From Octopus sinensis (Eukaryota): DNA of 64,000 nt. The position numbers and the translations under genes are program-made. Shown piece by piece: positions 1 through 13,213 of this stretch. Each line of letters opens with the position of its first letter. The stretch's first letter is position 1. A model generated the notes under the pieces. The model saw only the letters and a program-made list of their open reading frames with translations. It did not search any database and was not told where the DNA came from. The stretch spans positions 10,850,001 to 10,914,000 of the forward strand of contig NC_042999.1 of the NCBI RefSeq assembly GCF_006345805.1, read 5' to 3'.

Positions 1-12
1 TACTCGTGGACA

Positions 13-240
13 CAGAGATTTCTTTACCACATCATCACTGGCAATGAAAAATCGTGTTTTTGCATCAATATGAAGCAGAGGCATACGAGTTCCAACAAGA
101 AAGCAACATCTCAAGCCAAGCCAATTTGATGGAATCAGGAAAGGCTTTTACAAACGAATTGGCAACCAAATAAATATAGCTGATCATCTCCAAGTTTTAT
201 CAAACTGATCTATGTATGTTTCATTGCTGAAAACCAATAG
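13..240 (+). mobile_element. Degenerate, internally deleted mariner (Tc1/mariner) transposase fragment
   Basis: Translates QRFLYHIITGNEKSCFCINMKQR...KATSQAKPI*WNQE, matching the mariner 'FLxRIVTGDEKW..Y.N' first catalytic-Asp region; stop codon and deletions are present. Confidence 0.7.
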
Positions 241-689
241 TACCACCCTGTTACTTTCACCATTTTTCTATAGATAAAATCCAATCCTATCTGCAATATC
301 TATATTTTCCAAATATTCGAGTTAGCTGATATTTGAGTTATCTCCTTTATTTGTTGTGTTTGGCTTTGAAACCTTACTAATGGGAGTTTTTGCTTTTTAA
401 TTACAAGGATAACTTCAGTTAATTGAAGTTTTTTTAACTCCATTATATTACATATCCAATGCACTATCTCAATTCACAATACTTTTTTTCTCTCAAATAT
501 ATTGTATTATGTACACAAGATAATGTCTCATTCTCTGTATAGGGGTGCATTGGGTTTATCTATTCTGCTATCATTTCATATTACCCTGATCATCCCCGTA
601 TTAACATCCACTTTTCCCTTGATTGTTTGGGTCAGATAGAGTTTATTAAAGCAGATTTGCTACAGTTGGATGCCTTTACTGCTACAAAG

Positions 690-2045
690 GTAAAGGAGAT
701 GCCCCAGAAGTAGTGAAAGAGATGTCAAATTACTGAACCAGGTCAAGAAAGTTACCGAAAAGGTCACAGCTCAAGAAATTAAGAAGAGAGTTAGCCTAGA
801 TGAGATGCAGTTTGGTTTGGTGCCAGGGAGAAGTACTACTGATGCTATCTTTTTTGTGAGAAGCATTTAGCCAAAAGTATTTTAGCTGTACTTGGCATTT
901 GCTGATATAGAGAATGCCTTTGACAGGGTCTCTCATTCCCTCATCAGGGGATTGATACAGAAGCTATTGGGTAGAAGAGTGGCTGCTGAGAGTCATCCAT
1001 GTATGGGGATACTGTCAGTAAAGTGAAAGTCAGTAATGAGTACAGTAATGAATTTAATGTGCAGGTAGGAGTTCACCAAGAGTCAGCTCTTAGCCCCCTC
1101 TTGTTCATCTAACTCCAAGGCATAACAGAGGATTTAGAACTGGTCATCCATGGGAACTTCTCTATGATGATGACCTTGTTTTTATAGCTGAAACTCTAGT
1201 AGAATTAGAGATGAAATTTCAGCATGGACTAGAATCAAAAGGGCCTCAGAATTAATTTAGTAAAGATCAAATTACTAGTAGGCAGGAAAGCAGATAAATT
1301 ACTAATACCTTTGGGGAAATAGCTTTGCTTGGTATGTAGCAAAAGATATTGGTAGAAATTCTATATGGCATATCTAGTGCAAGCTATGGACACATAAACG
1401 GTGCAGTTGAATCAGGAATATTAACAGAGAAAATAGTTCTTTGTATGGGCAGATGTGCAAGAACAAGAAATACTAAGAACACACAGGAAGTAGCTATCAA
1501 CAAATGCCCAGGGGAATCCTTAGATGTAATAGTTTCCATTAGCTAGATGTAGAGTAAGGACCTGCCGGACAAAGTTCAGAGAGTTATTATTTTTGTTGGT
1601 AACAAAGGGACTCTTCCTCAGAGTGTGAGGCAGACTGTATGATGCCTATGTACTAACAACTATGCTACATGGTTGTAAGAAATGCTGTGATTACCAAGGA
1701 CATGTGGAAGCTCGAAAGAAATGAAGCATGCTTTGTCGTATGTGCAATGTCAATGTTCATGAATGGCACAGTGTGTTTTAAGAGAAAAACAGGGTATAAG
1801 AGGCATCAAATGCAGCGTGCAAAAGAAAAAAACTGCACTGGTATAGTCAGGTGATGCATATGGATGAAGACAGCTGCATAAAGAAGTGCCAATACCTAAA
1901 TGTGGAGGAAACCTGTGGGAGAGGACAACCGAGAAAGATGTGGACAAAGTGGTGAAGAATGATCTTCAGATGTTGAGCTTAACAGAGGAGATGGAACGGA
2001 GACAGCTGAGAATTTGCTGTGCTAGAGAAGATTCACACAGCTAAA
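690..2045 (+). mobile_element. Old RTE-clade LINE, decayed reverse transcriptase and C-terminal region
   Basis: Frameshifted motifs: SLDEMQFGLVPGRSTTDAIF (~790-850), VGVHQESALSPLLF (~1065), PWELLYDDDLVFIAE (YADD box, ~1150), a Cys-rich segment, KFRELL..LVTKGL..GRLYDA, and GTCGRG at the end. Confidence 0.85.
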
Positions 2046-2728
2046 TAAAATCGAGATCCACAAGTAGTGTCCGTTACACTCCAGCACACTGTCTGTCACT
2101 GACAAACCCCTCCCCACCACATCTCACCTTCCCAATACCTACCTACCCCTACCTGTGTTCACTACTCACTATATTCCCTTCCCCTCCATCTTCCACTCCC
2201 CATCGCAGACCCACCTACAAACTATGTTCCTCTCAAATCTCTTCTCTACAATATATCCTCCTCCCTCTACCTGTGCCACTACATTCCTCTCCCTTCCGCC
2301 CCAACTCTCCTTTCATAACCTTGTAAACTTACCCATCCACTCCCTCTATCCAATCCTTTATCCACTTTATACACCTACCAGTAACTTGAGCTTATGCTCC
2401 GTCACATTTGATCCCTTTCCTCTCTCGCCAACTGAAGTAGCCATGTATCTCCTCCACTGCCACACACTCATTGCCAATACTCTCCCTCCATTCATGCCCT
2501 AACTTCTCATCACCTGGTACGAAACAACCTGCCTCAGCTCTTCTCACCCATCAGTTGAAGGGTTGCACTTCGGAAGTTACTGGGTCACCTCACTTCTGCT
2601 GATGCCATGTAAAAAGCACCCAGTACATTCTAAAGTGGTTGGCATTAGGAAAGGCACCCAACTGTAGAAACCATGCCAAAGCAGACCCTGTCAAATCATT
2701 CAACCTATACCACTATGGAAGGAGGACA

Positions 2729-2759
<31 letters not shown>

Positions 2760-3460
2760 CATCATCATCATCATCATCATCATCATTTAACGTCCGCTTT
2801 CCATGCTAGCATGGGTTGGACGGTTCAACTGGGGTCTGGGGAGCCCGAAAGCTGCACCAGTCCAGTCAGATCTGGCAGTGTTTCTACAGCTGGATGCCCT
2901 TCCTAACGCCAACCACTCCGAGAGTGTAGTGGGTGATTTTATGTGCCACCGACACAGGTGCCAGACGAGGCTGACAAACGGCCACGCTCGGATGGTGTTT
3001 TTTATGTGCCACCGACACAGGTGCCAGACGAGGCTGGCAGACGGCCACGCTCGGATGGTGTTTTTTATGTGCCACCGACACAGGTGCCAGACGAGCTGGC
3101 AGACGGCCACGCTCGGATGGTGTTTTTATGTGCCACCGACACAGGTGCCAGATGAGGCTGGCAAACGGCCACGATCGGATGGTGCTTGTTACGTGCCCAC
3201 AGCATGGAGGCCAGTCGATGCGGTACTGGCTACGGCCACGTTCGGATGGTTTTCTTATGTGCCACGTGCCACCGGCACTGGTACCACAATGATACAAATT
3301 CCATTGATGTTCATCTATTTTGATTTGTTTTGATTTGATTTTCACTTGCCTCAACAGGTCTTCACAAGTGTCTCAAGAAGGAAGGTATGCACAGGTGGAC
3401 TGACTACGTCCCAGGTAGGGGCCATGGGTTATGGCCTGACTAGTCTTGCCGGGTCTTCGG
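2760..3460 (-). mobile_element. RTE-LINE 3' UTR/tail with ~62-bp tandem repeats and (ATG)n tail
   Basis: Same tail as the ORF-bearing copies at 15718 and 22657; near-identical units start at 2941, 3005, 3067 and 3128; (CAT)n at 2760-2785. Confidence 0.85.
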
Positions 3461-3486
3461 ATGGTGTTTTTATATATATATATATA

Positions 3487-3785
3487 CAAAATCAGGAAAC
3501 AGCACAGCTCCTTCCATGACTTTCGGAATCATTTTTTCACGCTGAGAGTTGCTGAAGCATGGAACAGACTGCCGGCATCAGTTGTTAGTTGTCGGAGTAC
3601 TGCATCCTTTAAAACTTCCATGCTTCCTGAGATTTGCCAACACTACACCTGATTTCCTCCCCTCCATATACACACAAGCATGTATCTGACTCATACATTG
3701 TTCGCTTTCCAGACATTTGTACCTTACTGCATATGCTTTATACTTTTGACAAGTTGTGGTGCACCTGAGCACTGTATACAATAAT

Positions 3786-3820
<35 letters not shown>
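3487..3820 (+). mobile_element. CR1-clade LINE 3' end fragment with (ATT)n tail
   Basis: KIRKQHSSFHDFRNHFFTLRVAEAWNRLPASVV; same family as 7790-10075. Confidence 0.85.
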
Positions 3821-3975
3821 CACACCAGCTAGCTACCTACCTACATATCAATCAGGTGAACACATTGTACTTGAAACTCAAGAGTACCAGCAAATTTGAA
3901 TCAAAATGTTTTGATCCTTACATGTAACTCCCAATAAATTGGTTGAGTGCCCGACTTTCATTTGTCCACTCACTG

Positions 3976-4006
<31 letters not shown>

Positions 4007-4107
4007 GTGAAGCTTTACTATAGCATTGAATATTATCGACTGCTATTTCCAGAAAATATTGGTGCAGTGTTGTACCACTAGTCTATGTATGTATGTATGT
4101 ATGTATG

Positions 4108-4288
4108 GGGAGAATTAACAAAAACAAACAAGACGAAAACAGGTGGTGTAGACAACAAACAGATGTATTAGTATAACGCTCAGGAAGTAAAAAAAGTCTT
4201 TAACGTTTTGAGCCTACACTCTTCCACAGAAAGGAACACAGAAAGAAACAAGGAGAGAAAATACAGAAAGTGTAGTGGCTAGCGATCT
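4108..4288 (-). mobile_element. Penelope-like pseudo-LTR fragment containing a degenerate minimal hammerhead motif
   Basis: Sits next to a (TATG)n tract. The minus strand of 4198-4233 reads CTTT-CTGTGGA-A-GAGT-GTAG-GCTC-AAAAC-GTT-AAAG. The family assignment is inference. Confidence 0.5.
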
Positions 4289-4349
4289 GGGCTTCTTTCA
4301 GTTTCCATCTACCAAATTAATACACAAAGCTTTGTGGGCCAAGGTACCA

Positions 4350-4655
4350 TGCTGTGGATTGATCCTTCGAGTGTGATCGTTACCAGCATCGCCTTACTGG
4401 CACCCACTCCGATGGCATGTGTAAAAGATTCGAGCGAGGTCGTTGCCAGTGCCGCCTGACTGGCCCCGTGCTGGTAGCACATAAAAGCACCCACTACACT
4501 CTCGGAGTGGTTGGCGTTAAGAAGGGCATCAAGCTGTAGAAACTCTGCCAGATCAAGATTGAAGCCTGGTGCAGCCATCTGGTTCGCCAGCCCTCAGTCA
4601 TACGTCCAACCCATGCTAGCATGGAAAGCAGACGTTAAACGATGATGATGATGAT
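4350..4655 (+). mobile_element. RTE-type 3' tail fragment
   Basis: GAGTGGTTGGCGTTAAGAAGGGCATC core, CCAACCCATGCTAGCATGGAAAGCAGACGTTAAA, and (GAT)n tail. Confidence 0.8.
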
Positions 4656-6099
4656 TATTAGGAAGTAAACTTCTTTACCAAACAGCGGCACCTGTGCCTA
4701 TATCAACAATTATGTTTAATTCCATGAATAAAATCATATATTGTTGAAGAAGCCACCAGATTGAAGACATTCTGTGATTTAGAATAATATTTATTATTCA
4801 TATTTTTTACAAGAAATATTATATTGATGAAAAAAACAAAACTTCATTTCCGATTTTAATTCCTCAGCAACAACAAAAAATGGTTTTATTTCTTCGCTGT
4901 TGTAATGTGCAGCATGCTTGAGCTAATTATAAACAAATCACACTTGAAAAATAAAAATATATTCTCAACAAAATTTAAAATGATGTCTGCCTAAGTTTGT
5001 AACAAAATAGTCCCCTATAGTCATATACCATTCTAATTCATTTATGCAATAAATGAACACAATTTCTAAGAGAAATCTACTCAAATTTTCTCTTACTTTT
5101 TCTTCCAGTGTAGTGTGTTTGTTCACATTAAATATTTAAGTCAGATAATACCCTTCTACTCACTAATCTCAGTAATACAAGTAAAGGTGTCATTTACCAA
5201 GAAAAAGAGACAAAAATCCATTTTAAGTGTAGTCTTCCAGCACTCACTGAAATTTCAATGAAAGACATATAAATATGAAGCCATCACTTAGAGACAGAGT
5301 CTTTCTTTCTACAGATATTGATCTTTTAAATATAATTATAAATCTTGCAGCAATAAAGTATTGATTTCCAAATAGTTACACACACACACACACACGTCCA
5401 GCTTCTTGATAACTTGAGAAGACTAAAAGTAGGACAACAAAATTGAATCAAAAGAAAAAAAGAATAAGAACCAAGCACCGTTCCATAGAGTTTTATAAAA
5501 GAAAAGAACATTTCTAACAGCTAATATTCAATGTATTGAAGATGATGGAGTCTTCTTGAAAATTGGTGTCTTCTAAAGCAATCTGAAATAGTTTCTATTT
5601 TCACCAGAACTTCATTTTGAAACCACCCAAAGAACAATATGACAATGTGTGCCACTGAAACAAAACAATAACATTTAAAACTCGTGTTTGTTTTCTTAAA
5701 CCCAGACATTTCGAAAAGAAACATTTTTCAGAATTCCAAGTCATCAATTTGGAAGAATGGTTAAAATACAGAATGCAGCAGAAAACCTTCCCCTATTCTA
5801 CACATTCTTTGTATGATGCTAGTTAAGTTAGGTGGGCGATAACAGTTTTTTCCCCCTCAATTTCCATCACCCATTAAATCATTTATCAAGTATGGTAAAT
5901 CTGAGATTCTTGGAGAGGTCTTTTTTTCTCACCACATTATGTATTTCTTAAACAAATAAATATTATCAAAAACTGTGTTTTCTAGAAATTAAACTAAATA
6001 TGACAATTTAACAAAATTTTTTTTATATTCCAGCTATTTTTATGTAAAATATATCAATGTTATTTAGTGTGGTACATGATGCAAAGTAAATAGGTCTTA

Positions 6100-6495
6100 C
6101 CCTTTTACTTGCTTCAGTCATTTGACTGCGGCCATGCTGGAGCACTGCCTTTAGTCAAGCAAATCGACCCCAGGACTTATTCTTTGTAAGCCTAGTACTT
6201 ATTCCATCGGTTTCTTTTGCCGAACCGCTAAGTTACAGGGACATAAACGCACCAGCACCGGTTGTCAAATAATGCTAGGGGGACAAACACAGACACACAA
6301 ACATACACACACACACACATATATACATATACACAATGGGCTTCTTTCAGTTTCTTTCTACCAAATCCACTCTGAAGGCTTTGGTCGGCCCGAGGCTATA
6401 GTAGAAGACACTTGCCCAAGGTGCCACACAGTGGGACTGAACCTGGAACCATGTGGTTGGTAAGCAAGCTACTTACCACACAGCCACTCCTGCAC
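6100..6495 (-). mobile_element. tRNA-derived SINE, family A (octopus OR-like), full length
   Basis: Reverse complement of the 34048-34437 copy, with A/B boxes, internal (CA/TA)n and 3' stem-loop. Confidence 0.85.
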
Positions 6496-7789
6496 TTATT
6501 GTTGGTCTTGTTTATTTCTCACTAAAATTATCTACTATTATTTTTCCAATATAATGCATTTGTTCCACATTAAATCAGATAACCATCATCACTTAATACC
6601 TGTCTACTCACTAATCTCAACAATACACTGTATCATTTACTGAAAGAAAGACAAATTGAAAATAAAATTCTAAAAGAGATGCAAAAATTAGAAAAAAAAT
6701 TCCAACTGTACAATTAGTTTTTCATTTCAATCAAATATCAAATTTGATGCTTTTCCTTGTTTTTAAATGACAGCAATTGAATTTGCTTTTGCTGTGAACT
6801 TATAATGATGTCACATCTAGAACATAGCCACAACATTTTAATAAGATGCATTTTGAACTGACTGCAGCACCTGGAATCCTGGTGCATCTGGCTTATTTAC
6901 AAAGAGGAATATGCATTCATGAAACACACACACATAGCAGAACATGAATCATGGATTTAATTTCAGCAAGTTACTTTCAATGACCACAATGACCTGGTAA
7001 ACGTGGCCACTGAATTTCATCATTCAATTTGCAAATTTTGTTTTTTCCATTGCAGGACATATCAGAAAGATACACCATTTATCACCATACAAGTGATGCT
7101 GTTAGTTTCTAGTCTCTCATGAAAAATATGTCTCCTCTCAGGGAAATATGACCTTGCTTGGAAGCAGGTTGAGAGCTGGTGACAGAAAGGGCATCCCAAC
7201 AGATAATCTGGCTCAAAAAATTCCATCTGACCCATGCAAGTATGGAAAAGTGGATGCCAAATGATGATGATGATGATGATGATAGAAAGTCTGTACAAAG
7301 TTAAGAGCTGATCAAGAGATTTATATTTTGATGCTATTACATACTGATTAGCCTAGATTGTTTCTCAAAAGAATGAGATTCTACGTAAAACAATAAATCC
7401 TGTATACTTAAAATAAAGCAAAATCCAATATTAGAAAAGAGAATAAACTTAACACTATTTTTACATGCTTTGTTAAATAAAAAGTGTTTATAAAAATAGC
7501 TTGTATCAGCACATGCTCCATACAGAGTTTCTATTCTGACGATAAGAAGAATACAATTGTTAATAAATAAACAAATGTTTAGTAATGAGTACAGTTTTAG
7601 AAAGCCAACATTTTATGTAAAACAAGGCATTGTATTCTTATGAAATTAGCTTGTCATAAAATAGATGTTGTATAAACAATAGCAACAAGTCAAAAATAAA
7701 TGTTTTGACACATTTCTATACTTTATAACAATTTGGGATATATATATAAACTATCATTATTATTAAATAATTACAATACCATCATCATA

Positions 7790-10075
7790 AATAATAATAA
7801 TAATAATAATAATTGTGTACAGTGCTCAGGTGCACTACAACTCATCTAAAGTGTATATATAATCAGGTGTAGTTTCGGCGGATTTCGGAAAGCATGAGGG
7901 CCTTAAAAGATGCAGTGTCATGGCAGTCAACAACTGACGCAGGCAGTTTATTCCATGCTTCAGCAACTCTGAGCGTGAAAAAATGTTTCCGAAAGTCATG
8001 GGAGCTGTATTGTTTTCTGACTTTGTAGGCATGTCCACGTGTGTTAGACACATGGAGATCAAAAGGTGTTCAGTGTTGTTGTTGGTGAGGTGGTTGATAA
8101 CTGTTGTGGTGTTTACCAAGTCCGTCGCCAAACGCCGGAGCTTCAGTGAATCCATGCCCAGGGAAACGAGGCGCTCAGAATATGGTGGGTGTCTGATGGA
8201 GGGTATGCGTTTGGTTGCACGTCTCTGGACAGATTCCAGGAGGTCAATGTTCTGTGCAAGATAGGGGTTCCAAACTGATGATGCGAATTCCAAGTGTGGT
8301 CGTACCATAGCTGTATACAGTTTTAAATAGATGGCTGGAGAGCGGCTAACAAAAGACCTGCTGAGTGATGCCAAGACACCCTCGGCCTTCCTGACAATCT
8401 TAGAGATATGCTTTGACCAACGCAAATCACTGCTGACAGTGATGCCTAGGTCACGCTCGCAAGAGGATTTCTTGATATCAGTGTTGTGGAGGGAGTAAGT
8501 GAACGCAGGGTTTTTTCTCCCAAAATGCATGGTGGTACACTTGTCCACAGCCAGTTTCAGTTGCCAGTCTGTGATCCATTGCTGCATTGTGTCTAGGTCT
8601 GATTGCAGGAAAGAGTTGTAGACATCAGGATCTGTCCTCTTGATTTCAAGGTACAGCTTGATGTCGTCTGCATATTTCAATACTGTGGCATTCTTTAAAT
8701 TGGCATCTATGTCGTTAATGTATGCCACAAACAAGAGGGGACTAAGGACAGATCCCTGTGGTACACCCGATGACATCTCATATGGTGTAGAGTGCTGTCC
8801 TAGAACTTTGACTACCTCCTTTCAGCTGAGGATGAAGGATTTCAACCAGTTTAAAAGGTCATCCCCCACACCCATTGCAGAGAGTTTCACCATAAGCCTT
8901 TTGTGTGGCACAGAGTTGAAAGCCTTAGCAAAGTCAAGGTAGACAACATCCACCCATGAGCCACTGTCAGTAATCTGAGTAATGTCCTCAAGGAACTCGA
9001 CAAGCTGGTCACTGCAGCTGGAGTTAGGGACAAATCCATATTGTGAGGGTCGGATGAGACTGTGAGAGCTCCAGAAGTTCCAGAGTGTTTCTCTGACACA
9101 CGATTCCATCAGTTTTGCAATACAGCTAGTGAGACTGACTGGGCGATAGTTGACAGGTGATGTGCGGTCGCCCTTTTTGAACAGAGGAATGACACTGGCA
9201 GTTTTCCACTGCTCCGGAGTAGCACCATTGTTGAGACAGTACTGGAAGAAAATAGAAAGCTGGTGTAAAAGGAAGTGCCTGCCACGTTTGAGAAGCAGGT
9301 ATGTAACTCCATCGAGACCAGGGAAGCATAGTTGCGCTTATTTTGAAGGTGACGTCGCAGCATTGCAGGTGTAAATTCCATAGTTGTTATGGAGTTTGCT
9401 GTTAGTGATGGTGAAGATGGTACATTTTGACTTTCAACAGTGAATATGTTTGCATAGTACTCGGCAATGAGTTCTGCGCATTCCTTGGGGTCGTCAGTGA
9501 TCTGGTTGTGTGAGGGTTGCGAAGAGGGCCCACTGGAGAGTGAGGTCTCTGCTTTGAGTGCACATATTTCCAGAAAACCTTGCTGTCAGGATTGGCTGCT
9601 ATGCACTGTTCAAATTCAAGCACTGCTTTTTTTGTCACTTGCTTGAGATGGTTGGAGGATTTATTCCGCTTCTTCCTGTTGGTGTCTGATTTATGCAACC
9701 TGTATTCCCGTTCAGCAGTCCGACGTTCCCTCCTGGCAAGTCGGACCGCTGAAGTTTCCCAAATTGCCCTTTTGGGGTGGTTCTTCTTTTTTGTTTACGT
9801 GGCACAGATGCTGCACATGCTGCCCATATTGAGTCCAGGATACTCTGGAGTATAGTATTCACATCTCCAGAGTTGTAGAATTCACGCCAGTTTGGGTGCT
9901 GTAGTTCAGTGTGGTACAGGTTCCAATCTGCTCTCTTCCAATCGAAGGAAGCAGATTGTAGATGGTTCAGGTTTTCGTTGCCCGCAAGAGCCAGATTGGC
10001 GATGATCATAGCATGATCAGAGTCACCTAGAGGTTCCTCCGTAGTGCAATCATCATAGCTATTACATTCTACTCG
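7790..10075 (-). mobile_element. 5'-truncated CR1-clade LINE (end of APE domain + RT), frameshifted
   Basis: ORFs 7835-8776 (SGVPQGSVLSPLLF, LKYADDIKLY, RPHLEFASSVWNP), 8822-9109 (SQYGF, VYLDFAKAFNSVPH) and 9635-10009 (FDWKRADW); SDH endonuclease motif near 10015; (ATT)n tail at ~7790-7813. Confidence 0.95.
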
Positions 10076-10224
10076 TAAGATTCATGCAGAATTTCAGGCT
10101 AGCACTTTTCTGCTGATCAACACAGACCGTCTTAATTCCACTATTCTTAGATAACAGTTTGGGTTTTGTGTCAAGTGTACCAATAGCCACAAGAACCATT
10201 ATCGACTTTGCCTTCCACAATCAC

Positions 10225-10273
<49 letters not shown>

Positions 10274-10354
10274 AAGTCCTGATATTTCTCAATTTCTTTG
10301 ATATCCACTTCTATTATCACATCTTTGGGATCTTATCATATGTTGCTATTATCG

Positions 10355-10760
10355 AGGTGGTGAGCTGGCTAATTGACAACATGTTGGACAAACTTTTTAG
10401 TGGCATTTCATCCAACTCTTTACATTTTGAATTCAAATGCCACCAGAGTCTTGTCTTTGCCTTTCATTCTCTCCTGTCAGGTTAAACAAAATAAGTACCA
10501 GTTGAGCATTCAAGTCGATGTAATTGGTTAGCCCCTCTCCCTAAAATTGCTGGCTTTGTGCAAGCTGGCAAAATCGTTAGGGCATCAGACAAAATGCCAA
10601 GCAGCATTTCATCCAACTTATTATACTCTTTCCCTGAGGTTCATTTTTCCTGTCATCCCTATGGGGTCAATAAAATAAAGTACCACTAAAGCACTAAGGT
10701 AAAAGTAATCTGTTTGCCCCTCCCTTCAAAATTGCTGGTCATGTGCTAAAATTAGAAAAA
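10355..10760 (+). mobile_element. Two tandem old copies of tRNA-derived SINE family B
   Basis: GGTGGTGAGCTGGC head, TTCAAAT B-box-like motif, AATAAGTACCAGT core, AAATTGCTGG tail; homologous to 18412-18632. Confidence 0.7.
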
Positions 10761-11240
10761 AAAATCATTATTACTGTTATTGTTATCTACATGTTTGTTA
10801 CAATCCCTTGCTGAGATACACCCAGCATCCTAGGGTGAGTGAAGGATAAGAGATGTTACAGTATGACCTGAAAGCTTGGAGAGGGGAAGAGGCAGGGGGC
10901 AGTAGTGAAATATCTTCATGTAATGCAACACAGATATTTAAATTGATAGGGTTTTTCTAAGGATGTGGGCAGTACTTGTCAGCACAATCTTTTGGGTTTC
11001 CCTGAGGCATGGCTCTCCTGGGATGTTATCTAAATGTTTCTGATATCCCTTTTTTATCATACCTAGGGCACCTACAATAATAGGAACACTTCTCACTTTA
11101 AGATGCCACATCTTTTGTAATTCAGTTTCCAGATCCTTACATTTACTTAATATGTCAAATTCCGTTACAGATATATCTTTATCAGTGGGAACACATCTAT
11201 TAGTCTACAAGTATTTTCTTCCCTATCTTTAATAATTATT

Positions 11241-11772
11241 ATTGAGTGAGAGAGTAATGCATGCCATTAAAGTGACACTGGGGTACAAATATATGAAGCC
11301 AATTTACCCATCATGACCACCCATCTGATAAGGGTACACTAGGTACATGCATCACAACCATATGAGCGCAACATGGTGATCTCATATTAAGATAAACAGT
11401 CAATGACCTTGCAGGTGAGGCTCAGTTAGAATTTTCTTCAGTTCAAGAAACCCATTGCTCTCAAAAGATCTCTGAAGGTTTGTTTAAGGATGTAGAATGA
11501 AACACCCATGATTTTTTAACTGAATTATTGAAGCCCCAAAGAATTCTTCTCAACACATGGTTATGATGCTCCCCACGTATCGTCAGCCACTAAGGGACAT
11601 GCTTGACTGATTAAGACCAAGCAACTGACAAGCAAATCTGTGGTATTGAGCAGAATATTTGCTGTAGCCTGTCTTATATACATATCAAGACAAAACATGT
11701 ACATGATAACACTTCCAGTCAGTTAAGATCAGAAGCCATGAGAGCCACTTCATGGTACTGCATCAGGGCATT
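11241..11772 (-). mobile_element. ~550-bp interspersed element flanked by (AAT)n
   Basis: Reverse complement of the copies at 15362, 16997 and 26269; starts TGCCCTGATGCAGTACC and ends CTCTCTCACTCAATAATAA. Confidence 0.85.
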
Positions 11773-11799
11773 TTATTATTATAATTACTATTTTTATTA

Positions 11800-12005
11800 A
11801 GGTGGTAAGCAGGCAGAATTGTTAGCATGTTGGACAAAACACTGAGCAGCATTTCCCTTGGCTCTTTATGTTCTGAGTTCAAATCTAACCAAAGTCAATT
11901 TTGCCTTTTATCCTTTCAGGGATAAGATACCAGTCAAATACTGAAATCAATGTAATCAATTTTACCCTTCCCCTCAAAATGGCTGATCCTGAGCCAAAAT
12001 TAGAA
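11800..12005 (+). mobile_element. SINE family B copy
   Basis: GGTGGTAAGCAGGCAGAATTGTTAGC...GTTCTGAGTTCAAA...GCCAAAATTAGAAA. Confidence 0.75.
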
Positions 12006-12197
12006 AGCTAGTCAATCAACTTAACAAATTAAACAATTTGACAAATGTTAATTTTTCCCAATGCTCTACCAATTTTAATATTAATGATGCTTATGCAAAG
12101 AAATTATTACACATTGAATTTTCTCAATAACATATTGAAATGGCTTGCTTAGGCCAAGTGGAGGATCGATAAAACTAAATATTATCAGAAAAACTTA

Positions 12198-12317
<120 letters not shown>

Positions 12318-13213
12318 TTAAAAAAGCAATGTCATAAAATAGTTGGAATGGATTTTGGAAAAGGAGAAAAATCATAGAAAATGCATTGTTTAATCCTACG
12401 TGGTTTCAAGATTTCTGAAGACTTATTGGAGATACTGCAATCTTATATAAAGAATGTAAGTAACCCCAAAGTTGATCTTGTAACAACTGTCAACTAATAT
12501 CCATCATTTTAAAATATTTTCTTTGTTACATTAAAGTAAATAAATAATAAAAAGTACTGATTCTCTCAACCTAATCTCTTAGCAGCAGCTCACTGCCAAC
12601 AGCCATACTAGAACCAGCTGCACCATTTTGTTGGCTTATGCAATGCTTACTACAAAGTTAAATGTGTCCAAGTTTGTATATTCCCATCAAAATAACATTT
12701 AATAACAGATAATATTTAAAGATTCCTATTCAGCACCCGTTTAGCATCCCAAATTATTTTAGCTATAAAAGAGTTGTGTCCCTTCTTCTCGTGAATGCTC
12801 CCTCAAAACAACAATTCCCCGTTTCTCATATAAATTCCAATCTTTTTTAAATGGGTCTTTCAACAGAAATCTGAATTGTTCAATTCTCAGTGTATTATTA
12901 TTTTGTTTTCTGTCATAAATGAAAACAATAATTTGAAAGAACTCCATTCAAAGCTATGCTAACAGTTGATGCCAGACGATTAGCATGTGGTATTATTTAA
13001 TTAGGTTTGGTTCAAATAACATTTATATATATATATCCTCGTCTCTTTTGTTTCCTCAAATAGCATCCTTATTTTTCAGATTGTGATACACAGAAGAATG
13101 AAATCCTCTACCTACCTACCCAACCACCCAAAACAAAAAAACCCACATACTCTTTATTTCTTGTTACATTATAACATTCCTGTTATTAATAAAGCTTTCG
13201 TTTTATAAAACAA

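Noticed and set aside
2925-3260. CRISPR-like array of regularly spaced repeats
   Set aside because: The units repeat along their whole length with no unique spacers, lie inside an RTE 3' UTR in eukaryotic DNA, and have no cas genes nearby.
7835-8776. Intact active reverse transcriptase gene
   Set aside because: 5'-truncated with several frameshifts; a dead CR1 copy.
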